Below are positions 36,649-45,244 of a stretch of 55,227 nucleotides of DNA, piece by piece. The position numbers were made by a program, and so were the translations under genes. How positions within the stretch are numbered: the stretch's first letter is position 1; the number at the start of each line of letters is the position of its first letter. The stretch is taken from positions 1 to 55,227 of IMG/VR virus record IMGVR_UViG_3300032282_000541, one strand, 5' to 3'. The notes below the pieces were generated by a model that was not told where the DNA came from, did not search any database, and saw only the letters and a list, made by a program, of their open reading frames with translations. Origin of the DNA: a virus (lineage: Duplodnaviria; Caudoviricetes).

Positions 36649-37080
36649 TTAAGCTCCTAAATTCAAAACAATGCGTGTTTTGCCAGATTGCGATTTATAC
36701 ATTTGGTAACCCATGCCGGGCAACGGTGGACGCATTGCAATAATCTTGAACAACTGAGCCAACTGCGGATCATCAAATTCAGTGACAAGGACTTTCAAGT
36801 TCAAAACACGACGAGCCCAGACAACAAACTGTTTGCTGTTGTCAACAAAATTGGGTGGTATGTCAACGTTGAAGGCTTTGAAAAACCCTTGGCCGTCTTT
36901 GCCAGTATGAACTTCAAACAAAGTGTTTCCAATTTGTTGTACCTTGCAATTTGGTTGGCTCAACTCAGCCAAGATGGCAGGCATCACAACATTGTCAGGC
37001 TGAGGCTGAGGATTGTTCTTCAAGAAAATGCCAAGGATTTGACCTGAATCCAGTTCTTTGTCTTTTGAATCTACATACAT
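36649..37080 (-). CDS. Hypothetical alpha/beta protein (possible acyltransferase, by position only)
   Basis: 143 aa between the ketosynthase and the first ejection protein. Confidence 0.5.
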   Translation of the reverse strand: MYVDSKDKELDSGQILGIFLKNNPQPQPDNVVMPAILAELSQPNCKVQQIGNTLFEVHTGKDGQGFFKAFNVDIPPNFVDNSKQFVVWARRVLNLKVLVTEFDDPQLAQLFKIIAMRPPLPGMGYQMYKSQSGKTRIVLNLGA

Positions 37081-37081
37081 G

Positions 37082-38197
37082 TCATAACTCCGTTGTCATT
37101 ACTGCCGCTGAATACACGTTGCCCATGCCAGCCGCCAACGACAGAATGGCACCCTTGGGTGCATCAACGTCATGCGACAAAAACACGTCATCTTCTTGAG
37201 TTCTATTCGGGATGCCGGGCACAAACCCACTGTTCATATTGTCGATCAGTAAGCATGTTTCTAGCAACCCGCTCACGCCCATGGTGTGGCCGATCACCTG
37301 TTTGTAGGATGTCGCCACAAAATCCTTGAATACCGACTCAATGGCGTTTCTCTCTGCCTTGTTGTTTGACTTGGTGCCAGTTCCGTGGGTTTTGATCACC
37401 GCCACGCACTCCGGAGACAGTTTTGCCATATCCAGAGCGCCCTTAGCGGCCCGGATAAAGCCTTCGCCACTCTCAGCCTGCCCAATGGCATTGGCGTGGG
37501 CTTCTGAGGCCGTGTAGGCACCCAAAAGCCGCCCCTTTGGTATGACTGCACGACGTATCACCGTCGCCTCGTCCTCAAACACCGCCAAGCAGGCTCCTTG
37601 GCCTACGTGGAAGCCGCCGTTGACACTGTCAAAGGCTGAGGGCTTGACACCCTCTTTTTCGTCTTTCCACGCCAGCGAGGCTTGGGCTTCGCCAAAGAAG
37701 TTCAGGGTGAGGTTGCTGACCTGATCCTCGACGGCCAGCACCACCACCCGGTTGAAGCCATAGAACCGCATCAGGGTCTGCACATCCATGAGCACCTTCA
37801 TGCTGGAAGCGCAGGCGCTGGAATCGGTCACGATGTGGTCGGATGCGCCAAAAGCTTGGGCTGTACGGCCTGCATAGACCTGAGTCAACGTCAGTGGCAA
37901 GAACTTGTACTCGTAGATCAGCGAGTTGGGCTCAGACTTGATCGGGTTGATCCCGGCAAAGTGAGCATTGCCGGAAGCAAGAATGAACGCCGTTTTGGCT
38001 TCTTTGTCTTCCCTGATCGACGTTGCCAAGTCTTTGTCCAACACCTTGTCGGCCACCCGGTGGGGCACATAGAACAGGCCAGTCTTGATCCTGTCGTAGG
38101 TTTCTGGGAACCAATTGACGACCTGAGGATATTTGATGTCCTCAAGCAGTTTGGTCTCGGTGGTGGATGCCAGTCGGTAGTCGCTGAGATAAATCAT
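37082..38197 (-). CDS. Beta-ketoacyl-ACP synthase (FabF/FabB-like)
   Basis: Catalytic SSACASS, HGTGT and K..IGH motifs; FD...GF..GQGA. Confidence 0.92.
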   Translation of the reverse strand: MIYLSDYRLASTTETKLLEDIKYPQVVNWFPETYDRIKTGLFYVPHRVADKVLDKDLATSIREDKEAKTAFILASGNAHFAGINPIKSEPNSLIYEYKFLPLTLTQVYAGRTAQAFGASDHIVTDSSACASSMKVLMDVQTLMRFYGFNRVVVLAVEDQVSNLTLNFFGEAQASLAWKDEKEGVKPSAFDSVNGGFHVGQGACLAVFEDEATVIRRAVIPKGRLLGAYTASEAHANAIGQAESGEGFIRAAKGALDMAKLSPECVAVIKTHGTGTKSNNKAERNAIESVFKDFVATSYKQVIGHTMGVSGLLETCLLIDNMNSGFVPGIPNRTQEDDVFLSHDVDAPKGAILSLAAGMGNVYSAAVMTTEL

Positions 38198-38475
38198 TTG
38201 ATCATCTCCATGGCGGCTTCGATGGACTCACACTCGCGCTTTTTGTTGACTTGGATGAAGTCAAACAGTTCTTGCGGAGTGGTTGGGTGGTAGTCAGTTG
38301 CGACAGCGTCGTCAATGTCGTAGATGATTGCAAAGTACATCACAATCATCAGGCCATCTAAAGAGTCGATCTCCGTCTCTGTGAATGGCTCCTCCATGCT
38401 TTGCAATGGAGTCAGGTCTTGGTGAGACGGTTTGGTAAACCTCGCCACCTTGTTGAGTAAGTCAAGAAAATTCAT
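38194..38475 (-). CDS. Acyl carrier protein
   Basis: 93 aa, acidic; EIDSLD phosphopantetheine-site motif; adjacent to the ketosynthase. Confidence 0.85.
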   Translation of the reverse strand: MNFLDLLNKVARFTKPSHQDLTPLQSMEEPFTETEIDSLDGLMIVMYFAIIYDIDDAVATDYHPTTPQELFDFIQVNKKRECESIEAAMEMIK

Positions 38476-38708
38476 TGTGCCCCCACATTCATAATGCCTG
38501 TCATTTGTTCAGCCCACTCGTACCAGAACTCATATCCACGGTGATCAGGAACACCTGATTGGACAAAGTACCCAATACCATTTAGGCCATCAACCCACTG
38601 TCGCCAGTTTTCTTCTTCTACGTACCCCAACTGGTTAGGGGCAAACAACTCGGCCATCAATTTGCAGTATTGATCCCAAGTCATCCCTCTCGGATCGTAG
38701 GCAATCAT
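38472..38708 (-). CDS. Small Trp-rich tail-operon protein
   Basis: 78 aa; overlaps both neighbours. Confidence 0.65.
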   Translation of the reverse strand: MIAYDPRGMTWDQYCKLMAELFAPNQLGYVEEENWRQWVDGLNGIGYFVQSGVPDHRGYEFWYEWAEQMTGIMNVGAQ

Positions 38709-40981
38709 TATGGATTACCTGTTCCGCGCACATCGCCTGTATCCAAACTCAACAATGTTCGACCCATGAAGTAATCGCCATTTTGTGTGTTGCTTCGGAA
38801 CTTTAAGCGCATCTCGCGTCTTTGCTCTTTCATGTCAATTTTAAGCGTAGTGTTTGCAAAGACGTATGGCTCGGAAGGATCGTCAACGTCGTCAGCGTAG
38901 GATTTACCCGTTACCACCACTTCCATGTCGCCTACCTGAACAAAGTCAGGTTCAATCCGCTCGCATCGTGTCCACACGTTATCACCGGGTTGCTCTACAG
39001 CACCCACAAGACCCGCACGAGCGCCAATCACATTGGTCTCAAAGAACGAGTCAATTGCGTTCACACGGTTGGTATAAACCTCATTTGTGCCAGTTTCGTG
39101 TTGCCACAAGGTGTACTGTCCCGCCGTGTTCTCGACGTTACCAGCCCAAATAGGCCGACGGAACACTTCAGAAAACACACCAGCAGAGCGATAAGCGCCC
39201 AAAGCTTGACCTGCGTCATACCAAACCTTCTCTCTCACGTTGTAAATAATTGCATCATTGCATTCTTCACTGTCGCCGGACGGAAAGAACCACCAAATCT
39301 CACCCCAGCGCGGCACCTTGCTAACCCATACCTTTTGGCGCTGTCTGTAGTTCAAGTTGTCAAAAAAGTAGTTGAAGTTCTGCTTGTTGTCCAACTCCTG
39401 AACCACACCGTTGTAGGTCAAGAATCGGTCTGTTCCGCACCAGTAAAAAATGCCGTCATATTCAATAACGCACTGGCTGGACAGGATTGATGACTGTTGG
39501 GTGATCAGGTCGTACTTCCAATAAAAGGTCTGGTTGCCCACAGTGGTCGGTGCATAGGTCACCCGTACCACTGAGTCCAATGTCCAAAATAGGCCAGCAG
39601 GAGACGTTGTGCCGCCCCTCAGAGGCAGTCCCTTGACCACTTTGGTGGATGACACGTTGTTCTTGTTGGAGTCGGCTGAAGTCCAGTTGCTGAAATCTCC
39701 TGCCGCGCTGTTGGCAATGTAGCCGTAGTTGCCATAGGCAAACAGGTATGGGAACAGCATCACGATGCCACCAGACACTTCAATGTTGTTGTCAAAGGTC
39801 AATGTTGCATAAGCACCAAAAGTCAGGCCAGTGGTTGTGCCTGCGGTTGTGGTGATTGCGGTGCCGCCAAACGTCGCCGACAAGGTGAATGTGCTCGTTG
39901 TGTTGGTGGTAATTACGTAATACGTACCAGCGGCAATGCCTGTGGCGGTGCCTGTTAACGTGCCTGTAACGACAACCGTTTGACCAACTGCAATGTTGGT
40001 GGTTGCTGTACAAGAGAATTGACCAGCAGTGCCAGTAACAGCAACAGAGGCCAATACTGCACTTGGTGTAGACGCAGTGGCATTCCTGCTCAATGTTGCC
40101 GTCCAAACGCCAGTAACTTCTAAGGCAGACAAAACAGTGGTGCCTGTGGGGATGCCCGTACCAGTCACGGATACGCCAGCGCCGATAGCCGCAATTGTTG
40201 TTGGGAAAGTGACAGTAGGCGATCCACTTGTGGTGGTGCCCGTTGCTGTGAACACCCCCACAGGATTTAATGTTGACCCTGCAAATGGGCCAAACATAGG
40301 TCGAGAGTTTATTGAGGACGAAATGTCATTGAGGTTTTGACCGGGGTGAGCGATCAAATTGTTGTCGCCATTTCCCAGTGCGTCATATCCAATGTCAAAC
40401 TGCCACAGTGTGTTATCGCTTGGAGCGTAGGTAGTCAAATCGTTAACGTAGGAGGCAAACCCAGAGCCAGCGCCGCCAATACTTGCATTGTTGATGGTGA
40501 TAGCCCCATTGTGGACGTAATCAATACCAGCCGTGGTTACAACCACACTGAAAACCAAATTACCTGCAACTACCACGGTAGCAAGAGCCCCTGTACCCGA
40601 TGTAGCAACTAAAGGAACACTGGTGTACGTTCCATTGACATAACCTGTGCCTTGATTGGTGATTGTGATTGTTTCCAAAGGGCCAGTCGGCTCAATTGGT
40701 ACTGGGCCAAAGCCCACACCATTGTCGTTATCGGTCGTCCACTGTTCTATGCCGTTGTTGTATCCAGATATTACATAGTTGAGGCCGTCCTCGGCACTCA
40801 TAATCATTCCGCGACTGATACCTGTTGCATCCAAAAAAGCCCCAATGTAGCCACCTATCTTGCGTGGTCGGCTGTATTGGAATCTCACCCATTTTCCGTC
40901 CACATAACTCACAGAGGCAAACTGCGTGCTATCTCTTTGGATGCCCGGGCCAACTTGTAACGTGACGACTTTTGCGGTCAT
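38708..40981 (-). CDS. Tail nozzle/stabilisation protein (P22 gp10/T7 gp12-like)
   Basis: 757 aa, beta-rich; VRF...RPRKIGG, EIWWFFPS, IYN..E.VW; Thr-rich inserted domains. Confidence 0.72.
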   Translation of the reverse strand: MTAKVVTLQVGPGIQRDSTQFASVSYVDGKWVRFQYSRPRKIGGYIGAFLDATGISRGMIMSAEDGLNYVISGYNNGIEQWTTDNDNGVGFGPVPIEPTGPLETITITNQGTGYVNGTYTSVPLVATSGTGALATVVVAGNLVFSVVVTTAGIDYVHNGAITINNASIGGAGSGFASYVNDLTTYAPSDNTLWQFDIGYDALGNGDNNLIAHPGQNLNDISSSINSRPMFGPFAGSTLNPVGVFTATGTTTSGSPTVTFPTTIAAIGAGVSVTGTGIPTGTTVLSALEVTGVWTATLSRNATASTPSAVLASVAVTGTAGQFSCTATTNIAVGQTVVVTGTLTGTATGIAAGTYYVITTNTTSTFTLSATFGGTAITTTAGTTTGLTFGAYATLTFDNNIEVSGGIVMLFPYLFAYGNYGYIANSAAGDFSNWTSADSNKNNVSSTKVVKGLPLRGGTTSPAGLFWTLDSVVRVTYAPTTVGNQTFYWKYDLITQQSSILSSQCVIEYDGIFYWCGTDRFLTYNGVVQELDNKQNFNYFFDNLNYRQRQKVWVSKVPRWGEIWWFFPSGDSEECNDAIIYNVREKVWYDAGQALGAYRSAGVFSEVFRRPIWAGNVENTAGQYTLWQHETGTNEVYTNRVNAIDSFFETNVIGARAGLVGAVEQPGDNVWTRCERIEPDFVQVGDMEVVVTGKSYADDVDDPSEPYVFANTTLKIDMKEQRREMRLKFRSNTQNGDYFMGRTLLSLDTGDVRGTGNP

Positions 40982-42201
40982 TAGAACGCTCCACCAACAA
41001 TCCCTACGGGCAAACGCAATCCTGTTGAGGCCAAGGTTCCAGCATTTACGCCAGCAACTGCAAAGCCAAGCTGATTACTGGCGGCTTGATACAAACCAGT
41101 CGTTGGGCTGGATGCAAACGACAACGATGGTGCGGCGGCAGAACCATTACCCAATGTCAATGCATTGATTGACGAAGATGTTGATGTTTGTGCGTTGTAG
41201 ACGTTTGTGCCATCGCAAATTGCAATGATCGTTTGATTCTGTGGCAATACAACCGTTGTGCCCCCAACTACACCAGTAGTGAAAGTTAACGTATATGAGC
41301 CAGTCGTATTGTTTTGTAAAGAATACAACTGCACAGTTGGAGGAAGCACCACGGTGCAGTTTGATACTAAGGCACCTTGGTACTCTTGAATGATGTTTGC
41401 GCCTTCTGCTGAAGTCAACGTCACAGTACCGCCAGTCACCGACTTAGCGAGTTGAGTGAAGAAGAACGTCGCAGATTGTCCGTAACCATAACTAAAGTAA
41501 TTCAAGCCATCAGAAACCACCACAAACGATTCGGCAATTTGAAGTTGTGCGCTTGAATTTCCATCAATGGTGTTGGAGCCCACAAGGGCTACATTCAAAA
41601 TGCCAGTGCCGTTGTTTTTGATCACAACGTACCAGCCTTCACCTACTGTTACTGCGTTGGGTAGTGTGACCGTACCAGCACCACCAGTCCACGCATAAAG
41701 GGATGATTGATCTACTGGCAACAAACTGTAGTTTGAAGAAAAAGTTGAAACCAACGTAGAGGTATTCAGCGTAGTAGAAATGGCCGTGAGGCCGTATCCA
41801 GCCAGTGTGGCGGCGTTGGCCGAGGATGTGCCTGCGCCAAAGGTTACGCTCTCCCAAGAGCCATTAACAGTCGTGTTGTCCGTGACGTAGATGTACTCAG
41901 AAATACCTGAAGCAATTGACACAATAGTGTTGCCGCCAGTATCCACCACGGTGAAAGAATAAGAGCCAATGTTGCGGATCAGCACACTTTGACCTGTAGA
42001 CACCGAAGTCGCAGGCGGCATGTACAGTTTTAAGTTTGTGTTGAGGGTCGCTGTGACTTCAATGATGTTGGCAACAACGTTGTCAGTGTTGCCGTTGATC
42101 GGCCATTGAAGTTCGGTGTCGGCGCTAATCGACAGGCTCTCATAACCCACCTGAGATGGGCTGATCGTTTGACCTGTGTATGGGTTTATGTAACTTGTCA
42201 T
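40981..42201 (-). CDS. Tail protein
   Basis: Beta-rich repeats, CDGTNV, GSAAAPSLSF..TTGLY. Confidence 0.7.
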   Translation of the reverse strand: MTSYINPYTGQTISPSQVGYESLSISADTELQWPINGNTDNVVANIIEVTATLNTNLKLYMPPATSVSTGQSVLIRNIGSYSFTVVDTGGNTIVSIASGISEYIYVTDNTTVNGSWESVTFGAGTSSANAATLAGYGLTAISTTLNTSTLVSTFSSNYSLLPVDQSSLYAWTGGAGTVTLPNAVTVGEGWYVVIKNNGTGILNVALVGSNTIDGNSSAQLQIAESFVVVSDGLNYFSYGYGQSATFFFTQLAKSVTGGTVTLTSAEGANIIQEYQGALVSNCTVVLPPTVQLYSLQNNTTGSYTLTFTTGVVGGTTVVLPQNQTIIAICDGTNVYNAQTSTSSSINALTLGNGSAAAPSLSFASSPTTGLYQAASNQLGFAVAGVNAGTLASTGLRLPVGIVGGAF

Positions 42202-42203
42202 TT

Positions 42204-42842
42204 TTATGAGTCCACGGCAATGGCTTGACGATCACCAACTCGCGCAATATCTTCTGCTTTAAGAGATTGGAGCGCCTCGGTGTACTTTTGCTGAAAGATT
42301 GTGCGCTGGTCGTTCTTGAGGAACTGCATCGCCTGCAACAGGGTGCCAAACAACATAGCGTTTGGGGCGTTTTGGGTGAGCCAATTGGTTTGATTGGCAG
42401 AACTCAATGGGGAGATGCGCTCATAGTAAAGCACCTCAAAGTCGTAGTTTGTATCAGGTGTGGGTGCCAAGTACCAGTGCTCCCAATCGGTATCTGCGTA
42501 GTACAAAGGCACATCGGTCTCAGTATCGTCAGGCCAGTAGTTCTTCAGATACTCGTACTTGCGAAGGTAGACAGGCTGTTTCTTGCCGCTCACTTTGACG
42601 CTCATAGATACAGTCTTGCGCCACCGAGCAGGCTTTTGCAAGATGGGGTTGTCCGGGGTCATTGAGGCTTCGACTACTTGCAATTGACCCAGCGTCTTGA
42701 TCTCCTGAGCAATTTCAAACTCAGCCAGCGAGATGAAGGTGGGAATTGCATCAACAACAGAGGCATCTTTACGCTCCAAGTACTGAAGTACCGTGGAGGT
42801 CAAGCTGTCGTAAGTCATCACCCATGATGGGATTAGTGTCAT
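42204..42842 (-). CDS. Head-tail adaptor/tail tubular protein
   Basis: TYDSL...IPTFISLAE...LAPTPD...NWL...P..LFGTL. Confidence 0.72.
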   Translation of the reverse strand: MTLIPSWVMTYDSLTSTVLQYLERKDASVVDAIPTFISLAEFEIAQEIKTLGQLQVVEASMTPDNPILQKPARWRKTVSMSVKVSGKKQPVYLRKYEYLKNYWPDDTETDVPLYYADTDWEHWYLAPTPDTNYDFEVLYYERISPLSSANQTNWLTQNAPNAMLFGTLLQAMQFLKNDQRTIFQQKYTEALQSLKAEDIARVGDRQAIAVDS

Positions 42843-42854
42843 TGCGTCGTCCCT

Positions 42855-43196
42855 TTATCCAACATTGCGCTCAAAGTGAGGGCAGTCAACAAGTGATTTG
42901 AAGTTGCCTCCCCAGCGATTCTTGGGGTGCAGTGACTCCCAATATACGCCCAGTGGAGCAAGCATCTCCTTGTCCCAGATTATCTTCCCTGCCTTGAAAA
43001 AGTTCAAATCAATGGCGCACCGCTTCAGGTGGATTGAGTTGAGGGTCTTGGAACGGCCTGTTTTGACGTATATGGCCTGTTGTTCGGGTGTCCGGGCCAA
43101 CTCCCCACCAGTGACCATGAAACCCTGTGCGGTGGCGTATTCGATCAGTTTGCAGGCATCTAGCAAGAAAGCCGCTTGTTCTGTGTTCAGGCTCAT
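42855..43196 (-). CDS. Endolysin, peptidase M15 family
   Basis: R..EQQ, S.H....AID, WGG.F..VDCPHFE. Confidence 0.88.
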   Translation of the reverse strand: MSLNTEQAAFLLDACKLIEYATAQGFMVTGGELARTPEQQAIYVKTGRSKTLNSIHLKRCAIDLNFFKAGKIIWDKEMLAPLGVYWESLHPKNRWGGNFKSLVDCPHFERNVG

Positions 43197-43414
43197 TTTT
43201 CTTCCTCATCATGGGATAGTTTCACGCCAGCCAACAACCCAATAAAACCGCCCACAATGGTTTGAAATGCAGGGCTAATCAGTTTAAAGATTTCAGCGTT
43301 GTCCACTTTTTCGTCAAACAATCCTGTCATCAAAACGCCAACCATGCTAAGGATGACAACGCACAAAGTGAAGCTGACCATCAAGGTCACAAAGAAAGTT
43401 AACTTGGCTTTCAT
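43193..43414 (-). CDS. Two-TM membrane protein (lysis cassette)
   Basis: Two hydrophobic helices. Confidence 0.6.
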   Translation of the reverse strand: MKAKLTFFVTLMVSFTLCVVILSMVGVLMTGLFDEKVDNAEIFKLISPAFQTIVGGFIGLLAGVKLSHDEEEK

Positions 43415-43920
43415 TTCTTCCTCATTTCTGCCAGCTTCTCAACCGTGCGACCGCCAAAGTAGGCACCCATGATCAGCATGCCCCAGTTGCCCAGTAAAGT
43501 GACGTAGGACTCGTTGGCGTTGTAATTAAAGGCTGACATCATGGCAAATAAGAAGTAGCCCACAAAGATTGCTATGAGGCTGATAGGGCGTATGTTTTTA
43601 GACAGCCAAGAGTCAGATGCCATATCCGCTTCCCAGCGGTCTGTGATGTTGTCAGCATCGTTCTGGGCGGCTTTTGCCAACAGATCAAGTTCGGCTAATT
43701 CCATCTTGGCTTTTTCAATGCCCAGCTCAAGTAATCGTTCTTCATGGTCAAATTGAAGCTGGCGCAGCTTGGCGACATCCTCAGGTGTAGGGTTATCAGG
43801 GATTTTCACGCCCAAAGTGTTTTCAACAACTTCCTTGCCTTTGGCTTGGATAGCGCTGGAAAGCAGCCCCAGACCGTTCTGGGCAAGACTACCTAAAAGG
43901 GACGCAAGTATTGGCAACAT
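43411..43920 (-). CDS. Holin (3TM, GTA-type)
   Basis: SDSWLSKNIRP...YFGGR motif with TM helices. Confidence 0.8.
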   Translation of the reverse strand: MLPILASLLGSLAQNGLGLLSSAIQAKGKEVVENTLGVKIPDNPTPEDVAKLRQLQFDHEERLLELGIEKAKMELAELDLLAKAAQNDADNITDRWEADMASDSWLSKNIRPISLIAIFVGYFLFAMMSAFNYNANESYVTLLGNWGMLIMGAYFGGRTVEKLAEMRKK

Positions 43921-44078
43921 TATTTTTCCTTTGCTTTGTCAATCAATTTTTGAACAGTTTGCTGCTGTTGTTTGGTCTGCTCTCGTACTTCCAAAATATC
44001 AAAGTACAGCATTGCCATCAAAGGCAAAAGCACACCAAACACAGCAACCATAGCAATTAAAGCAATCAGAAACCCCAT
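43920..44078 (-). CDS. Small single-TM membrane protein
   Basis: MGFLIALIAMVAVFGVLLP...; start at the internal Met of the 43920..44201 frame. Confidence 0.5.
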   Translation of the reverse strand: MGFLIALIAMVAVFGVLLPLMAMLYFDILEVREQTKQQQQTVQKLIDKAKEK

Positions 44079-44605
44079 TTCGCTATCCTCATCTGTCGGA
44101 TTGCTAGAAACATTAGGTGGAGGTATATAAAAACTATTACCACTCCCGCTATTAGAAGCGCCCTGTCTTGTAGTTGGTTTAGCATTTTTCTGCGTTGCCA
44201 TGCCACTACCCTTTCTTTGGCCTCTTGCGCTAGTCTCTCCTGATCTTGTTCAGCCTGCAATCTTTCAAACTCATTTTGAAACCGTGACCAGACCGCGCCC
44301 AATGCCGGATCAACGCCGTAAATCAACAGTTCCCTTAACTCAGTGGCTTGGCGCTCCAACTCCATCTCTTGAAAGATATTGTCCAGTGCCTGCGCTTTTA
44401 ATGACTTACCCTTTGGCGGGTTTTTCTTTTGTTCGGCGGCGGCGGTTTTGACTTGTTCATGGGCATCGAAAAATTTGCCGATGTGACCAGAAATTTCCAT
44501 TGTGATGGAGGTGACATCCTTAGCGACCGACTTTGCATCCTTGTAAAGCGCCACACCTTGTTTAATTGCGGCAATGGCGGCAAGTGCAAGTGTGAAAGGA
44601 TCAAT
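44066..44605 (-). CDS. Coiled-coil membrane protein, possible ATT start
   Basis: The frame extends upstream of 44554 to IDPFTLALAA at 44605; C-terminal TM segment. Confidence 0.6.
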   Translation of the reverse strand: MDPFTLALAAIAAIKQGVALYKDAKSVAKDVTSITMEISGHIGKFFDAHEQVKTAAAEQKKNPPKGKSLKAQALDNIFQEMELERQATELRELLIYGVDPALGAVWSRFQNEFERLQAEQDQERLAQEAKERVVAWQRRKMLNQLQDRALLIAGVVIVFIYLHLMFLAIRQMRIAKWGF

Positions 44606-44803
44606 TTAGAGCCCCAAGAGTTTCTTGACAAATTCACCGGCAACGCCAGGGCCAAACAACACGCAAATCATGACCGCATACAGCAAGTATTCAATCTTGG
44701 TCATGCGCTTGTCGCCCTCTGCCAAAGTTTTTTGAATGGCCTCGTACCGTTGGGCGCAAATGGCCTCATGCACGGCAAACTCTATTTCAAGTTCATCACT
44801 CAT
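44606..44803 (-). CDS. Small coiled-coil plus TM protein
   Basis: HEAICAQRY...RMTKIE then a TM helix. Confidence 0.65.
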   Translation of the reverse strand: MSDELEIEFAVHEAICAQRYEAIQKTLAEGDKRMTKIEYLLYAVMICVLFGPGVAGEFVKKLLGL

Positions 44804-44942
44804 TTGCTGGCTCAGGTTGAGTTTGCTCTTTGGCTTCTTTTTGGATAGCTTCTATGATTTGAAAGACTTCACCATAGGGGCGTGTTCCAAGGTATTGCAA
44901 AATGCCGTTGACAAGTTGAGTTGAAAGTTTAATGCTTTCCAT
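44796..44942 (-). CDS. 48-aa hypothetical protein (not in ORF track)
   Basis: MESIKLSTQLVNGILQYLGTRPYGEV...; fills the gap with overlaps at both ends. Confidence 0.6.
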   Translation of the reverse strand: MESIKLSTQLVNGILQYLGTRPYGEVFQIIEAIQKEAKEQTQPEPANE

Positions 44943-45232
44943 TACCAAGGTACTCCTGTTGCTGTTACTGGATTCTTTTGCAGTGCAATCTGGCTTGCTA
45001 GACTTGCTTCTGTTGCGTCTTTGTCTACGCCATTAGCCCAACACCAATCCAGCACATCCTGCTCAGTCACGCTGGCGTATGGGATAGATGGCGTAGCACT
45101 AGCAAAGCCACAAGTGCTGTAAACAGAGGCTGTGTAGTCTCCATCCACTGCTGTTGCAGTCCAGTGGGCGGTGGTGATGAAACCGTCAGAGACTAGGTAG
45201 TCGGTTTGGGTAATAGACCAAGTTATTGCCAT
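44942..45232 (-). CDS. Tail-fibre-associated small protein
   Basis: IPYASVTEQDVLDW...GVPW; follows the fibre gene. Confidence 0.65.
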   Translation of the reverse strand: MAITWSITQTDYLVSDGFITTAHWTATAVDGDYTASVYSTCGFASATPSIPYASVTEQDVLDWCWANGVDKDATEASLASQIALQKNPVTATGVPW

Positions 45233-45244
45233 GATTGCTCCTGA

